A stretch of DNA of 63,950 nucleotides, counting the filler, from Octopus bimaculoides (taxonomy: Eukaryota): the NCBI RefSeq assembly GCF_001194135.2. It is 4 parts of 4 records of this genome, joined end to end, with 100 filler letters (N's around TTAATTAATTAA, not from the genome) between each part and the next. Parts side by side here need not be neighbours in the genome. Positions count along the whole stretch, not along the records: positions 24,787 to 56,429 come from NC_068982.1; positions 56,530 to 63,950 come from NC_068992.1; 2 more parts are not named here. One strand, 5' to 3'. Every line of letters starts with the position of its first letter. Position 1 is the first letter of the stretch. Position numbers and translations under genes: made by a program. A model generated the notes under the pieces. It was not told the origin of the DNA, made no database searches, and saw only the letters and a list, made by a program, of their open reading frames with translations. Below are positions 51,745 through 63,950 of this stretch, piece by piece.

Positions 51745-52186
51745 TGGAATTATAATGATGATTATTTTTTGAGTAATTTTCTCAGGCACACCTCACTAGA
51801 TTATATATATCTGGTTTAAGTTGACAGTGCAGATCAAACATATGCGTCTATTTTGAAATCTTAGCACTCTTTTTCATTCATATCCATTGACAAGTGATAT
51901 GTAGATGTAGGTTAAATACGCTATAAATATTCATGTTGCGTGAAAGACAATACAATTCGTTCAAACAAGAAAAAAAGATGAAGAGGAAAAAAGAAATATT
52001 TAGTTGCTTTGTTTTCTTCAACGAAAGAAATTAAAATAGAAGATCTGACGCGTTGTCTCACAGACTCTTGACATCGCTGTGGGCTTTTTATCTTCTGTTT
52101 TACTTTTCAGGTTGGCTTCTCCAGAAGAACAGTCACGGGTTGAAGCTGTGACTTCGAAAATCCTTTCCGAAGTTTGTCTGATAGCC

Positions 52187-52245
<59 letters not shown>

Positions 52246-53689
52246 NNNNNNNNNNNNNNNNNNNNNNNNNNNNNNNNNNNNNNNNNNNNNNNNNNNNNNN
52301 NNNNNNNNNNNNNNNNNNNNNNNNNNNNNNNNNNNNNNNNNNNNNNNNNNNNNNNNNNNNNNNNNNNNNNNNNNNNNNNNNNNNNNNNNNNNNNNNNNNN
52401 NNNNNNNNNNNNNNNNNNNNNNNNNNNNNNNNNNNNNNNNNNNNNNNNNNNNNNNNNNNNNNNNNNNNNNNNNNNNNNNNNNNNNNNNNNNNNNNNNNNN
52501 NNNNNNNNNNNNNNNNNNNNNNNNNNNNNNNNNNNNNNNNNNNNNNNNNNNNNNNNNNNNNNNNNNNNNNNNNNNNNNNNNNNNNNNNNNNNNNNNNNNN
52601 NNNNNNNNNNNNNNNNNNNNNNNNNNNNNNNNNNNNNNNNNNNNNNNNNNNNNNNNNNNNNNNNNNNNNNNNNNNNNNNNNNNNNNNNNNNNNNNNNNNN
52701 NNNNNNNNNNNNNNNNNNNNNNNNNNNNNNNNNNNNNNNNNNNNNNNNNNNNNNNNNNNNNNNNNNNNNNNNNNNNNNNNNNNNNNNNNNNNNNNNNNNN
52801 NNNNNNNNNNNNNNNNNNNNNNNNNNNNNNNNNNNNNNNNNNNNNNNNNNNNNNNNNNNNNNNNNNNNNNNNNNNNNNNNNNNNNNNNNNNNNNNNNNNN
52901 NNNNNNNNNNNNNNNNNNNNNNATATATATATATATATATTTACCCTTGCTCTGCTCATTTCTGACTTATTCTACTTAGATAAAGGATCCACCCTAAACG
53001 TCAGTCTATCCCTTTCCGTTTTTCAACGTACAATTTCATTGTACATAACTGTCTTTACATTTTGTCCACCGCCTTTTCAATTTTCCTCTCTACTCCATGT
53101 AAACCTCTCACGTTGCTCAACTGACTGTCTCTCGTTTCCCTCGTTTCTTTTGTGCAATTTTAACGAACCTTCCCTTTCCACACACACATTTCTTTTATGC
53201 TGATCTGTAAAAACATGTTACCCTCACTCCAGACATTAACCAACTTCTATTAAAGTGTAATTTATTTATAGAAGTTTCTCACGCCGGAACAAGGCCACAG
53301 ATATAAAAACGGGTAAAGGTATTGAGGACTGAATCATCCCAGTATATAATTTTATCCTCAAGAGGATGAAAAATCAACTACAGTACGATATGACGTCAGA
53401 ATATACGTAAGCCGTAAACTACATTAACACATTTGGGTCCGGCACTCCAACGCCTTGGCTACTCCGTCCCCTTCAACTTGCCGTATATCAATGACACTTT
53501 GGGCGCCAATGTATCGAAAACAGCAGAACGAAAATAGAAACAACTGATTGAAATAACAGCTACTCGAATCAACAATTAATCGAACTGGCTGCTACTATTT
53601 CTAATAGCTTTTGCAAGAAGCATTTTCGTCGGTTCGATAAAATAAAATAAAGTAAGATTATAGATATTCCAGTTTCCAGTCACCACCAC

Positions 53690-54070
53690 AACTACATGCA
53701 GCAAAATGGAGTTCCTCCTAAGAGTCTCTAGAATAGTGTTACTCGATATGTTACGTAACTCAGAGATTAAGGAGTCTCTTCGGGTCGAACCGCTATTTCT
53801 CTGCATTTGGACGTCACAACTCCAGTACCATCGACATGTGATTAGAATGTCATAGGAAAGAATCAAAAGACGAATTCTTCAAACCGAGCCAGAGCTAGAG
53901 GTAGACCAAGAACGAAATGATTGGATAATACCCACAGCCTCAGTTGGTCACGCATGGGAATCCACCCGGAAAGTGTAATGACGGTTGCTTTTGATAAGAA
54001 CCTATGGAAGAAGGGCCCGAGGACTCTACCTCAACGACCCTCCCATGGATGGAGAAGATGGATGGATGGA
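53690..54070 (+). mobile_element. 3' end of an RTE-clade LINE
   Basis: RNSEIKESLRVEPLFLCIWTSQLQYHRHVIRMS*ERIKRRIL...RGRPRTK*LDN...LSWSRMGI matches the RTE C-terminus, followed by a GATG-repeat tail. Confidence 0.8.
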
Positions 54071-55576
54071 ATTAGAAATCATTATTAGTATTTGTGAAGA
54101 CTGAGTAAATTCTGTGATTAATTTTGCCAGAATTCCAATAGTAGCCATTTTTGTGGAATGTGAGCGAGCAACGCTGGATTAACCATTAAACAGAATAAGC
54201 TCGTGCTTGGGACATCAAGGGAAGAAGGGGACACCACAGAAATGGTAGATGGTTTACGGCACAAAAGAAATCACTTCAAACTTACTAAAATAATATTCGA
54301 AGTGGTTTATATGATCGGAAATACAATTTTGTAGAATTTATGGTGTCGTAGTGAGGATCTGATCAAAGACTTTGCAATTAAAAAAATGTAGGAGTAAATT
54401 TTTAGATTATGAATAACGTGGAAGTAAACAAAAATAAACATTATTTTCTACCTTACTGTTTGTTAGTGTTGTTTACATTTTGAATTACATTAATATGTGG
54501 GGCACCAAAGTCTTTTAAGTGCTTAGGGCCTCTATGAGTCTTAATTCGGCCCTGTGAGGGTGTGCAACAAGGAAATGTTCCAGTAATTGCCTTCCTGTTT
54601 TCAGAATTCATGAAATAATTTGACGACATCTCGAAGACTCTTGATAAAACTAAACCAATGAAACTCTGTCACAAACTGTCGATAGCATTTCTAATACCAC
54701 CCGTCTACCATCAGCTCCATGTTCACTACCACCGCAACCATCACACTACCACCATCATCAACACCACAACTACCACCACCACCACCACCACCATCACTAC
54801 CACCTCGTCACCACGCCNNNNNNNNNNNNNNNNNNNNNNNNNNNNNNNNNNNNNNNNNNNNNNNNNNNNNNNNNNNNNNNNNNNNNNNNNNNNNNNNNNN
54901 NNNNNNNNNNNNNNNNNNNNNNNNNNNNNNNNNNNNNNNNNNNNNNNNNNNNNNNNNNNNNNNNNNNNNNNNNNNNNNNNNNNNNNNNNNNNNNNNNNNN
55001 NNNNNNNNNNNNNNNNNNNNNNNNNNNNNNNNNNNNNNNNNNNNNNNNNNNNNNNNNNNNNNNNNNNNNNNNNNNNNNNNNNNNNNNNNNNNNNNNNNNN
55101 NNNNNNNNNNNNNNNNNNNNNNNNNNNNNNNNNNNNNNNNNNNNNNNNNNNNNNNNNNNNNNNNNNNNNNNNNNNNNNNNNNNNNNNNNNNNNNNNNNNN
55201 NNNNNNNNNNNNNNNNNNNNNNNNNNNNNNNNNNNNNNNNNNNNNNNNNNNNNNNNNNNNNNNNNNNNNNNNNNNNNNNNNNNNNNNNNNNNNNNNNNNN
55301 NNNNNNNNNNNNNNNNNNNNNNNNNNNNNNNNNNNNNNNNNNNNNNNNNNNNNNNNNNNNNNNNNNNNNNNNNNNNNNNNNNNNNNNNNNNNNNNNNNNN
55401 NNNNNNNNNNNNNNNNNNNNNNNNNNNNNNNNNNNNNNNNNNNNNNNNNNNNNNNNNNNNNNNNNNNNNNNNNNNNNNNNNNNNNNNNNNNNNNNNNNNN
55501 NNNNNNNNNNNNNNNNNNNNNNNNNNNNNNNNNNNNNNNNNNNNNNNNNNNNNNNNNNNNNNNNNNNNNNNNNNNN

Positions 55577-55925
55577 GGCAAAGTCGACCTCGAAGGTATT
55601 TAAACGTTATGAGCCGGAAGAAATGTCGCTAAACATTTAATCCGACGCGCTAACGATTCAGCCACTTCGCCGCTTTAATAATTCTTTCTATTATAGGCAC
55701 AAGACCTGAAATTTTTTAGGGGACGGGGTTAGTGCTCAAATGGTACTAATATTACCGACCCAGAAAGTCGGCGAGCTGTCTTTACGTTCTGAGTTCAAAT
55801 TCCACCGAAGTCGACTTTGCATTTCATCCTTTTGGGGTCGATAAATTAAGTACCAGTTGCGTACTGGAGTCGATCCAATTGACTGGTCCCCCTCCCCAAA
55901 AATTTCGGGCCTTGTGCCTAGAGTA
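55577..55925. mobile_element. Two adjacent SINE family A pieces in opposite orientations
   Basis: A minus-strand copy at about 55577-55760 and a plus-strand copy at about 55775-55925. Confidence 0.7.
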
Positions 55926-55939
55926 AAAAAAGAAAAAAA

Positions 55940-56098
55940 GGAGTGGCTGTGTGGTAAGTAGCTTGCTTACCAACCACATGGTTCTGGGTTCATTCCCACT
56001 GCGTGGCACCTTGGGCAGGTGTCTTCTACTATAGTCTCGGGCCGACCAAAGCCTTGTGAGTGGATTTGGTTGACGGAAAACTGAAAGAAGCCCGTCGT
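55940..56098 (+). mobile_element. SINE family B head (well preserved)
   Basis: GGAGTGGCTGTGTGGTAAG...GAAAGAAGCCCGTCGTATATAT. Confidence 0.85.
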
Positions 56099-58096
56099 AT
56101 ATATATATATAAACAATATATGAGTATATGCATATATATGTACATGTATGTATATACGTTCATCCACATGTACATATAGATACATAACTGGGTACATGAC
56201 GTGGCAAAAGAACAAGGACAAAAATGGTAAACAAGGTGCAACAAACAACCCCTTCATCAGCTGCCACCATTAAAACTCCGGCGTTTCGAAGAATTAAGGC
56301 AGTACGCATCGTTAAAATGGTTCTTCCCACGAACACAAATTAAATTGTTTTCGTGGAGGGTAGTGGCGGACGGAAAACAAGACAGGAAAACAAAACGGTG
56401 AAATAAACAAACAAAAAGGCTGTGCAGCCNNNNNNNNNNNNNNNNNNNNNNNNNNNNNNNNNNNNNNNNNNNNTTAATTAATTAANNNNNNNNNNNNNNN
56501 NNNNNNNNNNNNNNNNNNNNNNNNNNNNNACACACACACACACACACACACAGATTGGAAGGAGAAGAAAATCATGACAATAGCGACAAGCATTTTATCC
56601 CCGTTGGGCCTTCTTACTGGCGTATACTCACTGCCAGACACTTGCTTAGATGAGATTTCTCACTTCTGATTTATAGGAAACGGTTAAATCCTTCGCTGAG
56701 ATTGCGTATATGTGTACGGTTGAATAAAAATCCGTCTTCTGCAATATAATCAACATCAAATTAAAGCGATACATATATGTGTCATACTTAATGTATATAT
56801 ATAGGTGAAAGGCAAATTAAATTCTGCTTCTGTTACATATATCGGATTTTTATTTAAAAGGGCAGCTAATCACAATACCAGTGGTTGGTTTATATATAGT
56901 TTTTCTATATATCGGAGGCAGCAAATCTCGTCTAGTCATGTGGCTGGCTGTGAGCACACACCATTCATAAGGCCCAATGAAGTCGAAATGTGTCTGGTGT
57001 TCTCGTTAAATTTTACTCCGATGTATCTTTTATCTTCTACTTGTTTCAACCATTAGATTGCGGCCATGCTGGGGCACCACCTTGAAGAATTTTTAGTCGA
57101 AAATATCAACTCCAGCACTCGTTTTATTTTTAAGCCTGGTACTTATTCTATTGGTCTGTTTTGCCGAATCGCTGTATTACGGATATGTAAACACATATGT
57201 TGTCAAGCGGTGGGTAGGAGACAACCACAGGCACAAAGACACGCATGCACGTACGCTCGCACGCACGTACGCACGTGTAAACACACACACACACATTGTG
57301 TTTTAAACACAGTACGTCGTTAAGAGATGTTATCTCTGGACGAACACGAAAGTAAATTGCCTTTCGACGATGTATATACATTGAGTATGATACGTAGATA
57401 GCTAATTTAATTCAACACTGTTTCTGTTGCATATAACGGAAATAAGACAGAGAACAAGAAGACCATTGCATTGACATGTCTCTGAGGAATTTATTTTTTC
57501 TATGGATACAAAATCCTAGAAATATTATAGCAGAGAAGTGAGATTGCGGAGTGTTCATGGTTTTTGAAAGCTGTCGCCAACATAGATGAAGTTAAACAAT
57601 TGTGACTGAGAATCGAAACTGGATCAGGATCACGGTTTGCTTACAGTTTATATTTTCTCTGAATGGTGTTCATTATTTTATATGAACATAAACAGCTGCT
57701 AACATCATTAGTATCGCTTTACACGGGCCACAGATCGAGTGGTTTTGTTTGTAATTAAGCTAAATCTGTGAATGGATATAACTGTATCAGGAGAAGATTG
57801 CAACAGTGGTAGTGGTGCTACATGTACTTATAATTCAATTTTGGCTGCGTTTTAAGCACCATCTCCTGGCGCTTGGATGCTTTTAGTGAAGTCAATCTTG
57901 CAAGCATTCGGGTCACATTTCCGGTCTGGGAGTAAACTCCGCTTTTGTCCATCATTGCAAAGCTTTTGTCGAACCCCTTCCCCCAAGTTTCTCCTTTGAC
58001 TAAGCAATAAATATCAATGCATTCCACACACACCCCTAACCCTCCCTCACCGCGAAAAAAAAACGAAGTTATATTCCACCTAATTAAATCATTTAA

Positions 58097-58139
58097 TTAA
58101 CAATAGGATTTGAACTTTGACCCGAGGATAAACAGCAGC

Positions 58140-58170
<31 letters not shown>

Positions 58171-58396
58171 GCAGCAACAACAACTATTGTCCTTGTGTTG
58201 ACGTTAGAAACTGTTGACCGGATCCAATACAATAGCAAATCGATGGAGGGTTCGCATCTCACAAGAGACGTTACGTCGTGTGTTTTTCAGGTAAGATTGG
58301 CAAGACATCTAAATTACATCAGTCTAATTAAGAACTTATTAGGCAAGACACCTGCTGCTAATTAACATATAGAACTAATACTTAATTAAAGGTCTC
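58097..58396 (+). repeat. About 300-bp direct repeat, copy 1 (contains a CAA/CAG tract and TTTTTCAG|GTAAGA)
   Basis: Aligns along its length with 59774-60083, with scattered substitutions. Confidence 0.9.
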
Positions 58397-58661
58397 AATC
58401 ATTTTATTGGTCTCAATCATTTTAATGGCGGCAGTCATTTTATTCTCAACAGACCTTTGAGAACAGAATAGATCGAAGAGCCCTTTCTTTTGATGAAGAG
58501 AATCATACCACCTCTTTCTGATCGTATGATAGAATGGTTAAGGAGTTCACTTTGTAATCAGGCGATTTTGGGTTCGATTCGATTGCGCGACTCTTCGGGC
58601 AAGTATCTTCTTCAACTCTCACCTGTCATTCGAAACACCAAACAGTAATTTATTGAGGTCA

Positions 58662-59202
58662 GTTTTTGGTACCGAAAGACTTTCAAACTTCGTATACTTA
58701 TCTATTTTGTGTTATAGAACAGAAAAATATTTTTGTATTCGAATTTATTTCATGTAAAAAATTGTCTTATTTCGATAATTTCAACCAATCACTGACGTCC
58801 ATTCAGCCGATATACATTAAGTGCCGACTACATAAACAAACGATTCTTCATTTTATTTGCTTTTTTCATTTTAAATTTGCTTTAACCCTAACCCTAACCC
58901 TAACTCTAACCCTAACCCTAACCCTATGGTTAGGGTTAGGGTTAGAGTTAGGGTTAGGATTAATTATTTCAGAATCGTTTGTTTATGTAGTCGGCACTTA
59001 ATGTATATCGGCTGAATAGACGTCAGTGATTGGTTGAAATTACAGAAATACGACAACTTTAACATGGAATAATTTATGGATTTCTTTTTTTTTAAAGAAG
59101 ACTAAGAGAAAAAGATGCTTTATATGACACATTCTACCAGTGTTCCAAGTTTCAAAGTGTTTCGTTAATGAAAAATGTGGCCCCCGTTTTAAAAAAGATC
59201 CC
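58662..59202. mobile_element. Foldback element with long imperfect inverted arms and a central (TAACCC)n-(GGGTTA)n inversion; left terminus missing
   Basis: Arms 58777-58847 and 58971-59041 form a 71-bp inverted repeat with one mismatch. Telomeric-type repeats at 58883-58958 flip orientation near 58927. The right terminus matches the TIR at 6311. Confidence 0.85.
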
Positions 59203-59773
59203 CTTTTTCTACAAAAATTGTTAGTAGGGAGGGAAGGAGACCCAATCAACCCGAGTATATTACTGGTAATATTCTGTTTATTAAACCCTTCGCTTTCTAT
59301 GGAGCAAAGGACATCGATGCTGTTCTCGGCTTTGGACTGGCCTTTCTGCTTCTCTCCCATTGGATCCTTGCTTTTCTAGTTCTGCCTTAGTATCCAACCG
59401 CCAGTTAATTTGAGGGCGTCGCCACCCACTTCAGCTTCCCTTGTGGGTTCCTGGTCATATATGTCCCCCGAGGGAAGGCCTTTCCCTCGTACGTCTTGCT
59501 GGTTCTGAATTGTCATCGATGCTTTTGTAACCTTGCCCTTTTTTTTCTAGATAGGTGTGTTGGCCCGACGCAAATCCATTTTTATCTCTGGGAAGAAGTG
59601 GGTACTATTAGTCTGGTCCCTATCTTTTGGCTTGGCCATCATGGGTGGCTACGCCAAGAGCTTGCGTACCGCCGGCAAGGCTGTCAGGGTCATCGAGGCA
59701 TATAAGCCATCGCATCGCAACAAGGACTCTACCTTGTGGTGAAATATTTTGTTTACTTCAGAAAGAATCAGAA

Positions 59774-60083
59774 AATTAACAATAGCAGAATTTGAACTTT
59801 GACCCGAGAATAAACAACAACAACAACAACAACAGCAGCAGCAGCAGCAGTAGCAGCAGCAGCAACAACAACTATCGTCCTTGTGCTGCAGTTAGAAACT
59901 GTTGACCGGATACAATCAGAATAAGAAATAGATGGAGGTTTCGCATCTCACAAGAGACGCTACGTCGTGTGTTTTTCAGGTAAGATTGGCAAGACATCTA
60001 ACTTGCATCAATCTAATTAAGAACTCATTAGGCAAGACGCCTGCTGCTAATTAACAGAGAACTAATACTTAATTAAAGGTCTC
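59774..60083 (+). repeat. About 300-bp direct repeat, copy 2
   Basis: Paralogue of 58097-58396. Confidence 0.9.
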
Positions 60084-60145
60084 TGAATAGCTCCTGGTAT
60101 CTACCAGTGATAATTAACATATCTTAAATATTTCCTTGCCCCACC

Positions 60146-60193
<48 letters not shown>

Positions 60194-61128
60194 GTATGTA
60201 TATATATATATATATGAATATATACATACATATGTATACACACGCGTATATATATATATATATATANNNNNNNNNNNNNNNNNNNNNNNNNNNNNNNNNN
60301 NNNNNNNNNNNNNNNNNNNNNNNNNNNNNNNNNNNNNNNNNNNNNNNNNNNNNNNNNNNNNNNNNNNNNNNNNNNNNNNNNNNNNNNNNNNNNNNNNNNN
60401 NNNNNNNNNNNNNNNNNNNNNNNNNNNNNNNNNNNNNNNNNNNNNNNNNNNNNNNNNNNNNNNNNNNNNNNNNNNNNNNNNNNNNNNNNNNNNNNNNNNN
60501 NNNNNNNNNNNNNNNNNNNNNNNNNNNNNNNNNNNNNNNNNNNNNNNNNNNNNNNNNNNNNNNNNNNNNNNNNNNNNNNNNNNNNNNNNNNNNNNNNNNN
60601 NNNNNNNNNNNNNNNNNNNNNNNNNNNNNNNNNNNNNNNNNNNNNNNNNNNNNNNNNNNNNNNNNNNNNNNNNNNNNNNNNNNNNNNNNNNNNNNNNNNN
60701 NNNNNNNNNNNNNNNNNNNNNNNNNNNNNNNNNNNNNNNNNNNNNNNNNNNNNNNNNNNNNNNNNNNNNNNNNNNNNNNNNNNNNNNNNNNNNNNNNNNN
60801 NNNNNNNNNNNNNNNNNNNNNNNNNNNNNNNNNNNNNNNNNNNNNNNNNNNNNNNNNNNNNNNNNNNNNNNNNNNNNNNNNNNNNNNNNNNNNNNNNNNN
60901 NNNNNNNNNNNNNNNNNNNNNNNNNNNNNNNNNNNNNNNNNNNNNNNNNNNNNNNNNNNNNNNNNNNNNNNNNNNNNNNNNNNNNNNNNNNNNNNNNNNN
61001 NNNNNNNNNNNNNNNNNNNNNNNNNNNNNNNNNNNNNNNNNNNNNNNNNNNNNNNNNNNNNNNNNNNNNNNNNNNNNNNNNNNNNNNNNNNNNNNNNNCG
61101 ACTGTTTTTCGCTGTACACATACACACG

Positions 61129-61178
<50 letters not shown>

Positions 61179-61204
61179 TACAAACATGTACACGCACAAA
61201 CAAA

Positions 61205-61460
61205 GACACACAATCATTCAGGACTGCATCCAGAAAAGGCCCACTCGAATGATAAGCATAAAGTCTCACGCGTCCAGACATCTTCCAGCCACTGGCACAC
61301 AAACGCCATGTCTCCTCCCTCTGGCTCATCTACTGCACTATAATGACTTCTGATGTTCGGAGTTGGCAGTACTAATGCTAACCCCACCTCTCAGATATTC
61401 CCGACCAACCCTCACCCCTGTTTGTACTTCCCTAGGCACCTGACTAATCAACGCGCCAGT
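61205..61460 (+). mobile_element. Decayed CR1-group LINE C-terminal fragment
   Basis: DCIQKRPTRMI...PLAHKRHVSSLWLIY...CSELAVLM resembles the IQRRA.RLI...L.HRR.V..L..FYR motif. Frameshifted. Confidence 0.6.
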
Positions 61461-61504
61461 AATGGTGGTGATTAGTATAAACGACAAGAAATACATTGCA
61501 ATTA

Positions 61505-61799
61505 AATGGCTTTTACAGTTCTATATTTAAAAGATGAAGAATTATGTACATTATTTACATTTGACAGATATTTGTCCTCATTTTGTTTGTTGTTAACACA
61601 ATGTTTCGGCTGAGGTACCCTCCAGCCTTCATCAGGTGTCTTGGGGAAATTTCGAACCTGGTTTCTCATTCCTAAGGTATTTTTCCATGTCATCATCATC
61701 ATCATCACCATTATTATTATTATTCAGGTCACTGCCTGGAATCGAACTCGGAATCTTGGGGTAAGTAGCCTGCGCTCTTAACCACTACACCATATGCCC
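61505..61799 (-). mobile_element. Second copy of SINE family E (hammerhead-bearing)
   Basis: The reverse complement aligns along its length with 51512-51744. The head contains GGCTACTTACCCCAAGATTCCGAGTTCGATTCC. Confidence 0.8.
61595..61640 (-). ncRNA. Minimal type I hammerhead ribozyme motif (second copy)
   Basis: GACAC-CUGAUGA-A-GGCUG-loop-CAGCC-GAAA-CA-UU-GUGUU. Stems and core are intact and the stem II loop differs from copy 1. Confidence 0.7.
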
Positions 61800-61992
61800 A
61801 TAAAAAAAGGCTTTTGTTCTCAGTTACAAAATCTACAACTGCTTCGAGTTACTGAATTATGGAGAACAGTGGAAGTTCTGTTGTCATTCGTGTAGGTTAG
61901 TGTGGTCAGCTTACTGCTTTGTGGCCGAAGGGCGAGGTGGAGAATTGACCGCTTTATATGTCGCAGAGTACAGAGGGTAAGAGATGTATGTT

Positions 61993-62039
<47 letters not shown>

Positions 62040-62052
62040 NNNNNNNNNNNNN

Positions 62053-62094
<42 letters not shown>

Positions 62095-62826
62095 GAGAGA
62101 GTGAGGGAGTGAGAGAGAGAGAAGATATATATATATATATATATATAGACAGAGAGGCTCGTTTAACTCTGATAACGTTATGGAAAAAAAACTGGCATGA
62201 TATATATATATAGATGGATAGATAGGTAGATAGATAGATAGATAGACGGTTAGAAGGATATATAGACAGATAAAGAGATAGATAGATAAGATAGATAGAC
62301 AGAGAAGTTAGTCATCTTCGTCATCATGGTAACCATTGACAATATTCTCTAAATCATTGCTGCATGTAGAATTTAGAGTCTTGCACAGGAACAAAACTAA
62401 CACACCTGTATCAAAACCTTCGTCGACACACCTCTCCCAAATCGTACAGGTGATTGATATAATAAATGAAAAACAAGCAAGCGATCAGCCGTTTGGTTTC
62501 TAGAAGTAGTTTAAAGTGTCTTAACATTCTTTCTATTTGATGCAGCTGGGATATTAATAGTAAAAACAGTCGAATTAATGAATCCACGAATATGAACTGT
62601 GGGAAAGTGAGAATCATGAAGCTATTGGTGGAAGGGAAGAGGTTCTAGCTGTGATGGCGTTGGGGCGTGAGGTGGTGGTGGCGGTGATGGTTGACGTTAC
62701 CTTCGGAGCGCCACTAAGAGTATTTGTGTTGGCGCTGCTGATAGTAGGGGTAACGGTGGCTGTTAACGATAATAGTGGTACTAATAATATTAATAATGAT
62801 GGTGGTGATAATATTAGTGGTGTTGA

Positions 62827-63485
62827 AGGCGGCGAGCTGGCAGAAACGTTAGCACGCCGGGCGAAATGCTTAGCGGCATTTCGTCTGCCGTTACGTTCTG
62901 AATTCAAATTCCGCCGAGGTCGACTTTGCCTTTCATCCTTTCGGGGTCGATAAATTAAGTACCAGTTACGCACTGGGGTCGATGTAATCGACTTAATCCG
63001 TTCGTCTGTTCGTGTTTGTTCCCTCTATGTTTAGCCCCTTGTGGGCAATAACGAAATAGGTATTTCGTCTGCCGTTACGTTCTGAGTTCAAATTCCGCCG
63101 AGATTGACTTTGCCTTTCATCCTTTCAGGGTCGATAAATTAAGTACCAGTTGCACACTGGGTCGATCTAGTCGACNNNNNNNNNNGTCGACTTTGCCTTT
63201 CATCCTTTCGGGGTCGATAAATTAAGTACCAGTTACGCACTGGGGTCGATGTAATCGACTTAATCCGTTCGTCTGTTCGTGTTTGTTCCCTCTATGTTTA
63301 GCCCCTTGTGGGCAATAACGAAATAGGTATTTCGTCTGCCGTTACGTTCTGAGTTCAAATTCCGCCGAGATTGACTTTGCCTTTCATCCTTTCAGGGTCG
63401 ATAAATTAAGTACCAGTTGCACACTGGGTCGATCTAGTCGACTGGCACCCTCCCTAAAAGTTTCGGGCCTTGTGCCTAGAGTAGA
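62827..63485 (+). mobile_element. Dimeric SINE family A; part of it is repeated across a 10-N gap
   Basis: A young-looking head at 62827. 62918-63175 appears again essentially verbatim at 63186-63443. Confidence 0.8.
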
Positions 63486-63950
63486 AAAGAATATTAATGG
63501 TGTTGTTGGTGGTGGGGTTGATAGTCATTCTGCTGGTGTTTTTCTGTTTGTAGCAGTGGCACCAATAGGGTTCACGGTGGTGGTGGCGGTGATCATGTTG
63601 GTGGTGGTGTTGCTGCGAGAAGTGGTGGCGGCGGAGGCTAATATCGTTAGTGGTGCTAATAGTATTGGCAGTAGTGGGAGTGGTAGTGATAGCGGTATTG
63701 ACGGTGGTGGTGAAAGGGTGGTACCGGTGGTAGTGGTGGTGATGTTTGTGTATGAGGTGTATTAACAGCTGGGGTATATACACTTGCACCACAGTTTAAC
63801 TTGCAATCTGATTACTGTGGCTGCTGAAGGAGGGATCACAAGCTTTGTCTTATACATACACACACATACATACGTACACACATATATATGTATACATGTA
63901 TGTATATATATATATATATATATGTATGTATATGTATGTATATATATATA

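Noticed and set aside
52110-52160. CAGAAGA...AGTCAC/GTGACT...CGAAA hammerhead-like hairpin
   Set aside because: The core is mutated (CAG for CUG), the stem II register does not fit, and there is no NUH or stem I.
52972-53006. Decayed hammerhead-like string TTAGATAAAGG-ATCCAC-CC-TAAACGTC-AGTC
   Set aside because: Resembles CTGATGAAGG...CCGAAACGTC but has at least four core substitutions and no adjacent stem I.
54500-54554. hAT-like terminus (CAGGGCCGAATT on minus)
   Set aside because: No partner TIR or TSD found in the flanking sequence.
56250-56295. Minus-strand CGAAACG...CTGATGAAG motifs, possibly a type II hammerhead
   Set aside because: No convincing stems I, II or III in that order; at most a Penelope-related remnant.
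58883-58958. Telomere-telomere fusion scar
   Set aside because: The orientation is CCCTAA then TTAGGG, opposite to a fusion, and the repeats lie inside a dispersed TIR element.
63186-63443. Apparent perfect tandem duplication of about 258 bp of SINE
   Set aside because: Verbatim copy across a 10-N gap; most likely an unmerged contig overlap.

Overview
AT-rich, microsatellite-dense animal genomic scaffold with many N gaps. The SINE families and simple-repeat load resemble a cephalopod, probably Octopus; this is inferred from my recollection of repeat families, not from a search. There is one clear protein-coding unit: an uninterrupted 7.3-kb minus-strand ORF (33677-40972, 2431 aa) with a single N-terminal hydrophobic segment and an otherwise low-complexity, probably disordered body, which I cannot assign to a named gene. 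It has a strong internal splice donor and a CpG-rich promoter-like patch about 1.1 kb upstream. The rest is decayed mobile DNA: at least five tRNA-derived SINE families, LINE remnants (R4/Dong, Tx1/L1, RTE, CR1-group), a Penelope RT fragment, a Gypsy gag-protease fragment, mariner, hAT-like and piggyBac-like MITEs, and a foldback element with a telomeric-repeat core. The most unusual signal is a SINE family (51512-51744 and 61505-61799) whose 3' half folds into a minimal Penelope-type hammerhead ribozyme. No rRNA, intact tRNA or CRISPR array is supported. Most repeat boundaries were read by eye and are approximate to about 10-20 bp.
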